A stretch of 42,504 bases of DNA, taken from NCBI GenBank assembly GCA_001724265.1, contig MEDY01000265.1:1-42504 (forward strand), read 5' to 3'. The notes under the pieces are model-generated. The model made no database searches and was not told the origin of the DNA. It worked only from the letters and a program-made list of their open reading frames with translations. A program made the translations under genes and the position numbers. The stretch is from Rhizaria sp. SCN 62-66. Lineage: Eukaryota. Below, in pieces: positions 35,456 to 42,504 of the stretch. How positions within the stretch are numbered: position 1 is the stretch's first letter; each line of letters starts with the position of its first letter.

Positions 35456-36394
35456 AGGGCGAGAGCGCAAGCGAGTATGCGGCGGCGGCGACGGCGCCAG
35501 CGCTAGTGCCAGCGTTGGCGTTCACACCGCTGCCGGCGCCGGCCGCGGAGGCGTTCGCGGTCGCGGTGAGCTCGGCAACGGAGTAGAAGCGGAGCTGCGC
35601 GTGTGCGTAGCCGAGCAGCGCGACTGCGATGATGCCGTGCGCGGCCGAAACGGCCGTGGCGGTGAGCTCGAAGCCCGGCTCGAGGGGGAGGCGCGCGATC
35701 TCGCGGCGGGAGACCGAGGCCAGCACCAGCGAGGCGCCGGAGCGGTACAGCAGGGTGTCCGCGGAAAGGTGGTGCACGTCCGAAGAGGAAAGGGTGAAGG
35801 CGAAGCTGTATGGGCGCAGGCGGCGGTCGAGAGGGCAGAGATACGGTAGATGGGAGAAGGATCCGGGATGGGAAAGCATTGAGTCAAAGTGAGGATATGG
35901 TCAATTAATCTGAAAGAAAAGTATTGTTATACGTAGAATCCGTCATAGTCAATGCGCTGTGGCAAGTGCAGAGCGATAGAGCAAAGATTGATTTCAGTAG
36001 AAAGAGAATACGGAAGGACAACCGAGGACGGTAACTGGGGAATAAGACGAACCTCAGAGGGAGACTCCGGTCATTGGAGAGACTCATCTCTGTGTCACAG
36101 GCGCAGGGCGAGCAAACCCGGAGATACGTGTGACTGGATAAAGTGTTGGGGTCAGTGAGAAAATGTGCTGAGCAGTGACAGGAAGAGTGCAAAAGGCAGA
36201 GATCCGCCTACGCTGTTAGTGAAGTTGAGAAACTGATACCGGTGGCAAGAAAAGTCGGGATAGAGCGATGAGCTAGAGCATTGGTTAGACACAATTAAGA
36301 AAATAGTAACTTCAAAGTGTGTAAAAATTGACATTAGCATTGCATAACAAAGCAACGTGTTTATGTGGGAATTACGAGCTGTTTCCACAGCCAT
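18774..36394 (-). CDS. CFAP43: Cilia- and flagella-associated protein 43 (WDR96), massively expanded by low-complexity inserts; proposed exons 36394-36376, 36089-36053, 35805-20790, 20642-18774; about 5,650 aa
   Basis: WD40 islands (SPCGALLAVAFLSGVVRVLD; SPNGLLVATGGRDGVVVVR; LYSTGGDGAVLAW) and CFAP43-like blocks NDAAPELERL, RLRAQCWESM, LLYPP...RRVTQI, ERALISMMNGRL, MQMLRVTRDLQ and QQQAELAALRAERDKLLAATFPAF. Junctions are phase-consistent. The two small 5' exons are less certain, especially 36394-36376. Confidence 0.85.
19510..19656 (-). repeat. CAG-rich poly-Gln/Met/His tract in the CFAP43 C-terminal exon
   Basis: Encodes QMQQQQQQQQIHQQMQQQMQMQQHQQQLLLMQQQHHQQQLQLQLQSQQL. Confidence 0.85.
35408..35454 (+). 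repeat. (CTG)n trinucleotide tract encoding poly-Ser (AGC) in CFAP43
   Basis: Near-perfect ctg run read directly; one of many codon-level microsatellites in the 15-kb exon. Confidence 0.85.
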
Positions 36395-36523
36395 TTTTGC
36401 ATGGTGCTCTCAGACCGCAGCCCGCCCACCACAGTCGCTGCTCGAGGCAGGCAGTCAATTTTTATTCATATAACTGCGATATCTGCATCGACAGATCCGA
36501 TATTGGACCTATCTTGCGTTACC
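36395..36523. promoter_or_regulatory. Probable bidirectional promoter between CFAP43 (-) and BBIP1 (+)
   Basis: Divergent start codons 129 bp apart, or 436 bp if CFAP43 starts at 36087. Inferred from geometry only. Confidence 0.5.
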
Positions 36524-37119
36524 ATGCAAGCGGAACCACGTTCTACCGATATTTCAAGCGATGTCGGCATGGAGAAGAATGAGGCAATGCTTCCCACCAA
36601 CATCAAGGTTCGTCGTGTCCCCTTCCCTCTCGACAACACTCTCTGACGTCCGCGCTGCCCTTGTTCGTGATCTCACGCTGCGCTCTCGCCAATGTTTACG
36701 TGCTTTTTGTATAGACTTCTGGTAGCATCCAAGAGGTTCTGCCTATCGCGGGCGAGATTAGCCTCGAGCGCGACCAGTTTTCCGAGGTCTTTTGCAAGGT
36801 CCGTTCCTCTTCCCAGATACCTTCACCAAGATATATCGTCAGAATGGGAGTGCAGGTAACTTGAGTTCAAATATGTATTTTCTGATGAGTATTTCTGTGT
36901 GCTAGTTATGACTCTATCTGTTTCGTGGATATCTTTGCTATCAAACCCCTCACTTCTCCCAAACTCGTGTCATGCACTTCCTTGCTCCTGTCTTGCGTTT
37001 TGTCTATCTCACCTTGTGTATGTGTGCTTCAGCCCAAGTTGATGGCCGTCAAGTCTGTCACACTGCAGAAGATCGAGGCCATGGAAGCCCACGCACGCAA
37101 ACTCGGCATTGCAGAGTGA
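36524..37119 (+). CDS. BBIP1: BBSome-interacting protein 1 (BBIP10/BBS18); exons 36524-36607, 36715-36798, 37033-37119; about 84 aa
   Basis: Spliced product ...IQEVLPIAGEISLERDQFSEVFCK|PKLMAVKSVTLQKIEAME matches the BBIP10 pattern EVLPxxG...VLCKPKLLPLKSxTLEKLExM. Two phase-0 GT-AG introns. The start could alternatively be the ATG at 36569. Confidence 0.9.
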
Positions 37120-37720
37120 AATTGGCTCTCGTGACATACCAAGCAGTAACACGCTGCTGTCTTCATTACTTAGTTTGATCTTGATATATTAGTGCGTCGT
37201 ATGTTCCGACTTCTCAATCTGGAACAAGCTGACTGTGACTATGGCCGTGGCCTATGTGCTTGTGTTGCCAATACAGTTGCTGCAATCTCATATGCACAGC
37301 AGGGAGACTCTGTGGCGTTGCTCTGAGCTTGTCGAATCCAACAGATGACTCGATTATGACAAATACTGTCTTAGTTGTATTATTAATAAAGCTTAGATAT
37401 GATACGGTAGATGTAGAAAATCAATAGCAAGTAAAACACACTATTAACAACTCTAACAGCAGTGTTAGCGAACTTCGACGACTTTACATGTCACCATGAT
37501 AACCTAAGTCGATAAACGTAACAATTCCAACAGTACTTAGATAGCATGGCCACCTCACTCAGCAAAGCTCCACGAATAAAAAGATGCACACAGAGTTGAA
37601 CAACACGTACACGCTTCAACTGACTTTACAACAGTAACTTACAATGCTCACCTACAACAACAATAAAGACAACAATATGAAAACACTCTCAGCTCTTTCA
37701 CAGTCTTCACCGGACTTCGC

Positions 37721-39565
37721 TCAGTCGACGCTCTCGATGTGCTTGACGAAGAAGGTGCCGGCGCTGAAGTAGACCACAGAGAGCATGAAGATAACCGTGT
37801 AGCCCAGGTGCACCGAGGGGCCGACCGCCTGCAGGGGAAAAACAACAAAGAACGAGACAGAGAGAGTGACCGTGAGCAGAGTGAAGAAATGACAGGAACA
37901 AAACAATACAGGGTCATTCAGAAATCAAAAACACACTTGGAAACGATTAGCATTGAAAAACACTAAAATTTCAAAAAGAATGTAAATGTGTCGACGTAGT
38001 CGAGATATATGCGTCGAAAGTGTCGCGCCAGCGCCATACCTGGAAGTAGTCGAGCAGGTGCCCCGCAACGGGGGCCGCAATGACCTGGGGCAGCACCAGG
38101 GCGAGCGACCAGATGCCCATGTCCTTGGCGTAGTCCTCCTTGCTGGGCAGCACATCGGTGGCCAGCGCCCAGTCCATGACGGAGAAGGCGCCGAAGCCGA
38201 GCCCGAAGAAGAGCCCGATGACCATGTCGAAGGCGTAGGAGCGTGTGAAGGCAAAGAGCACGCATGTCACAGCCATCGTGCCGCCGGAGACGTAGACAAT
38301 GTTCTTGCGGCGGCCGCCCGAGAGATCGGAGATAAAGCCCGCCGCCAGGGAGGACACGAAGGCGCCCAGCAGCACCGGCAGGAAGAGCAGCGACACAGCC
38401 TTCTCGGGCGAGTCGGCCACCTGTGAGATTTGAGTAACAAAAGTTGTAACAAAAGTTATGGATGTGAGATACGTAAAGTAAGATCAACGCGAATTCAGTT
38501 GAAACTGAGAGAATAGATAATGTTAATATTCTTTCACATATTGGTTTGACATATAACATCAAAACAAGAATATTATAGCGATAATATACACTGCAATATA
38601 TAGGTTGTTGGACATACGACAGTGCCCGAGATGACGAAGTTGGGCCCGATGGCGTCCTTGAGGTAGAACTGGAGGTACTCCTGCACGGTGAGAATGCCCA
38701 TCTGCATCAGGAAGCGCGTGAAGAAGACGACGCGGAAGTCGTGGTTCTGCAGCGGCGCAATGAACGAGGCCAGGCGCTCGCTGTTGGTCGGCGGCGGCCG
38801 CAGGGGATTGTACAGCAGCGGCTCCTCGCGGATCGAGTAGACGGTGACAGCCATAGCGGCGCCGTGCACGAAAAGCATGATCATGTACGCGCCAAAGAGC
38901 CCCGTGGACTGGATGTGGTAGGAGACGAGTCCGCCGCCGAGGTAGCCGAGCATGGACATGCCGCCCAGCCAGCCCGAGGCCGTGCCGCGCTGCGAGGGCG
39001 GGATGAGGTCAGGCACCAACGCCGAGTAGGGCGCCAGAATCATGTTGTTGGCGATCGAGAGCAGGAAGAAGGCGAAGGAGAACCAGCCGAGCGTGGGCGA
39101 GATGGCCATGATGAAGAGCGCGGCCGAGGCGAGCACACCGCCGACGATCATGTACGGGCGGCGGCGGCCCAGCGGGTGCGTCGAGTGGTCGCTGAGGGAG
39201 CCGAAGACGGGGGCCGCAAAGAGCGACACAAAGGAGCCCAGCAGCAGCGCCGTGCCCATAGCCGCACCCTTGTCTTCGTCGCTCGAGAGGCGGATGATCT
39301 GCGACGGGATGACGACGACAAGCAGTGGCAGCCACAGAAAGGACCAGCCGAACCAGTACGTCGCTAGCGCGGCCTGCTCCTGCGGGGTGACGACGCGCTC
39401 GTGCACGGGGCGCACGGAGCGTGACGCGGACTGGTTGCCGCCGGAGGAGCCCGACAGAGGCGACTTGGCGCCGCCGCTGCTGCTCACGAGCGGCTGGTCC
39501 TCGTCAAGGGAGTCGTCGTCGGGCAGGTACGCCGCCGCGGCGTCGTAGTAGCTGCTCTTGGACAT
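37721..39565 (-). CDS. Major facilitator superfamily transporter (GPH/SLC45-sucrose-carrier-like branch); exons 39565-38618, 38420-38040, 37828-37721; about 478 aa
   Basis: Motifs FGSLSDHSTHPLGRRRPY and AGFISDLSGGRRK, APYSALVPDLIPPSQRGTASG, and about 12 hydrophobic segments. Two phase-0 introns join the ORFs in frame. Confidence 0.9.
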
Positions 39566-40385
39566 GCGGGTAGCAAACGCCAGGGGCAGCGCACTAAAGA
39601 AAGTGTGGTGTGGAGCCGTGATGAGAAGGTTTCAGAGCAAGTCGAGTTCGAGTGAAAGAAAGATAAGGGAGCACCAGAGCGAGAACGGAGGTGAGATCGT
39701 ATCATGGTCTTAGGACAAGGAAGTCAAAGAGCGTATGGAATAAAAAGATGTGGAATAACAACATGGACATGTGACAATTCTATTCCGCGCGCCCCCTTGT
39801 TCATACCACGATCACACGGATAGCTGGAGCGAGAACTAAAGGGGGCGGTGACGGGAGCTTGCGGTTGAAAAGTGTAACAGCAAAAGACACGGAGAACCTG
39901 GCAACGGCAAGGTGTGCAAGATTTGATACATAAAATAGCAAAAACCCGCACCGACGGGCCACTTGCTCTTGCGCCAAACACACGTCCAGGGATAGCGACC
40001 TTTAAACGGGAGCTTTCGCAAACTCAGCCAACCGGTCAGTCTAACCATGGTGGTGGCACAGTTGGCACCCGCCACCACCACTGCCGCTTTTTTTCTCGGT
40101 CCGCGTTCGGCAAGCACGAAGTGCGAGAATCGCCACATGAAGTAGCACATTTTCCCATCGCGAGAACGCGTTATATCTGATACTTCTAAGTAAATCCTTT
40201 CGGTTAATTTCTATTTTTTTAATCTGCACACTCTCACGCGCTTTCCTTCCCCTCCTGGACCCACGCCCGCACTCGCCTCACATCTCTTGCTTTCCTGTCT
40301 CACCCGGCCCCGCTCTCTCGCTCGGTCCCGTTCTACGACGCTCCAACTGACACCCCACCGTCCCTGCCGCGGTCCAGCGCGCCGA

Positions 40386-40909
40386 ATGAGCAGCAAGAAC
40401 GTGCGCACGCTGTCCCCGATGTCCGTGTGGGACGAGAAGTCGCTCTTCGCGGACTGGGAAGAGGCTGGCGTCCGCCCCAAGCACTTCACCAAGGTCCTCG
40501 TCAAGCTCTACGAGGACTTCACGTCGGGCAAGATCACCCACCTGTCGCAGTTCGAGGTCCCCGTGGGCGTGTCGCAGAAGGTGCTCCCCGCGCTGCGCTC
40601 GGGCAAGTATGCGCTGATGACGTCGCGCGTGGTCAAGCGCGAGGACTCGCGCGACGGCGCCACGACCAAGATCCTGATCGAGATGCAGGACGGCCAGCAG
40701 GTCGAGTGCGTGCTCATGCGCTACTCCAACGCCTTCCACGGTGGCCACAAGCGCACCACACTGTGCGTTAGCTCGCAGATTGGCTGCGCCATGGCGTGCA
40801 CCTTCTGCGCAACCGGCACCATGGGCCTCTCGGGCAACCTCTTTGGCGGCGAGATCATCGAGCAGTTCATCTGGGCCAACGAAGTCGAGAAGGTCCGCAA
40901 CGTCGTCTT

Positions 40910-40941
<32 letters not shown>

Positions 40942-42353
40942 ACGCCGTGCTCTCTGCCATCCGCGCCATGACCAACAACGAGTGGTTTGCGCTGCAGCAG
41001 AAGCGCGTCACGCTGTCGACTGTCGGCATCGTGCCGCGCATGTTCCAGCTCTTCGAGCAGGCGCCCTTCGTGACGATGGCTCTGTCGCTGCACGCGCCCA
41101 CGCAGGCCATGCGCGAGCGCATCGTGCCGAGCGCGCGCCAGTACAAGCTCGAGGACCTGGTGCGCGCCATTGACCACTACTCGGCCGCGACCAAGAAGGA
41201 CATGCTGATCGAGTACGTGCTGCTCGATGACGTCAACGCCAGCGACGAGACGGCGCACCTGCTGGGGCAGCTGCTGCAGGGCCGCAACGTGCTGGTGAAC
41301 ATCATCCCGTTCAACCCCGTGCTGACCAAGGCGCGGCACGTGGCTCCCCCTCCCGAGCGCGTGGCGGCCTTCGCGCAGATCGTGGCCGAGTACGGCGTGC
41401 TCGTCACTGCGCGCAAGGAGCTGGGCCAGGATATCAGCGGCGCGTGCGGACAGCTCGCCGTTAAGACCAAGAAGGAGCAGCGCAAGGCCGCGGCCAAGGC
41501 GGCCGAGGCGGCTGCGGCGCGCGGCGAGGCTGTGCCGGTCAAGGAGACGCTGCTCGACACGGCCGTGTCGGACAACGACGACGACGACGACGACGAGGCC
41601 GCCTCCAAGGACGAGAAGAAGGACAACAACAACAGCAACAGCAGCGGCGCCAAGAACTTCGCGAACACTCCGCTCGACGACGACGACGACGAGGACATGA
41701 TCGGCAACGGGCTCGAGGGCATCGCCTCAGCCATGGGCGTCTTCGCCCCCGCCGCCACCAACAACAGCGGCGACGGCGAGGACACGCAGGACATCGCGGA
41801 CGCGCTGGTGGGCGCCGCCGTCGGCAATTCGCTCTTGACCGGCGACGACGACGGCTCCGGTTCCGGCTCCGGCTGCGGCTCCAGCTCTAGCTCCAGCTCC
41901 GGCGCTGGCGGCGTGACCGTCAGCAACGGCATGGTGGACCTGGAGGACCTGGCGGGCCCCAGCCCCGCCAACGCCAACGCTACGGGCAAGTCCACTCCCA
42001 AGAGCCCTGTCTCTCCGACTGCAATTGCGCCTGCTGCGCCTGCGCCTGCTAAGGGCGAGTGTGGCCCCGACGGCTGCGGCGACGCCGCCTGCGACAGCGG
42101 CAGTGGCGCGGCCAAGAGCGACAAGAAGGAGTCCTGCGGCAGCAGCGGCGCCAAGCCCGCCGCGGCCAAGGCCCCCCATGCGGGCAAGGGCAAGGGCTGC
42201 GGCGATCCCGACTGCGACTGCGTACAGGCGCCCGTGCACCTGACTGTGGCGGAGCTGCAGGCGCTGTGCCCTCACCCCGTCACCGACATCATCGCCTACT
42301 CGCAGTGGGTCATCGCGCGCGGGCCCGTCGCCAAGGCGCAGGGCGCGCGCACG
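40386..42353 (+). CDS. RlmN/Cfr-family radical SAM RNA methyltransferase (eukaryotic RlmN-like), first exon of 656 codons; gene continues past the intron starting at 42354 (partial)
   Basis: Own translation, as this frame is absent from the ORF track: TTLCVSSQIGCAMACTFCATG (CxxxCxxC), NVVFMGMGEPLHN, SLHAP, IEYVLL, NIIPFNP and GQDISGACGQL. The exon ends at a GTACGT donor followed by AT-rich intron sequence. Confidence 0.93.
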
Positions 42354-42487
42354 GTACGTGCATATTTCATATTTTCACGAAAACAATTTTGTTGTTTGAT
42401 TTCAAAATACGTGTATTTTATTTGTTTTTGTCGTTATATATTCTCATCTTCGTCTTTTTCTTCTCCCTTTTGTTCACTTCTCACTCC

Positions 42488-42504
42488 CCACACACACACA
42501 CACA
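42488..42504 (+). repeat. (CA)n microsatellite within the RlmN-like intron, truncated by the window end
   Basis: cacacacacacacaca at the end of the window. Confidence 0.85.

Noticed and set aside
35806..35879. ORF-track start MLSHPGSF... for the 5033-aa ORF
   Set aside because: The segment is a pyrimidine-rich tract ending in TACAG, typical of an intron 3' end, and an upstream phase-matched exon exists.
18600..35900. Dozens of long alternative-frame and antisense ORFs over CFAP43
   Set aside because: Expected shadows of very GC-rich, GCN/AGC/GGC-repeat coding DNA that is depleted of stops; none has recognisable motifs.
36518..36531. GTTACCATGCAAGC resembling an RFX X-box at the BBIP1 start
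   Set aside because: The second half-site does not fit RGYAAC, it overlaps the proposed ATG, and RFX may be absent from this lineage.
36524..37116. All three BBIP1 exons encode exactly 28 residues
   Set aside because: No sequence similarity among the exons, and the count depends on which ATG is used; probably coincidence.
40278..42275. Minus-strand ORFs of 353, 338 and 182 aa
   Set aside because: Antisense shadows of the plus-strand RlmN-like exon, which carries all the family motifs.
1..42504. Prokaryote-type systems (CRISPR arrays, operons, defence islands), tRNA or rRNA genes
   Set aside because: The sequence is intron-containing eukaryotic DNA; I saw no repeat-spacer arrays, cloverleaf structures or rRNA-like segments.

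Overview
Gene-dense eukaryotic nuclear DNA, probably from a flagellated protist (GC-rich exons; short AT- or pyrimidine-rich GT-AG introns). I reconstructed ten spliced or unspliced genes by hand, each with phase-consistent junctions. In order: PSME3IP1/FAM192A-like (-), ELF1/ELOF1 (+), a stand-alone TTLL12-type SET-like protein with an inserted NAC-type UBA domain (-), a full-size ABCG/PDR transporter (+), an atypical eIF4E (-), an unassigned probably mitochondrial protein (-), a roughly 5,650-aa CFAP43 with a 15-kb exon (-) lying head-to-head with BBIP1/BBS18 (+), an MFS transporter (-), and an RlmN-like radical SAM RNA methyltransferase (+) that is missing from the ORF track and runs off the window. 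Main points of interest: an in-frame TAG inside a Gln run with 101 coding-like codons after it, the SET-like/UBA protein lacking a TTL domain, the eIF4E with an altered cap pocket, the 129-bp divergent ciliary gene pair, and a GTHCGT splice-donor consensus. Family assignments come from recalled motifs, not database searches. I found no tRNA, rRNA, CRISPR array or intact transposon.
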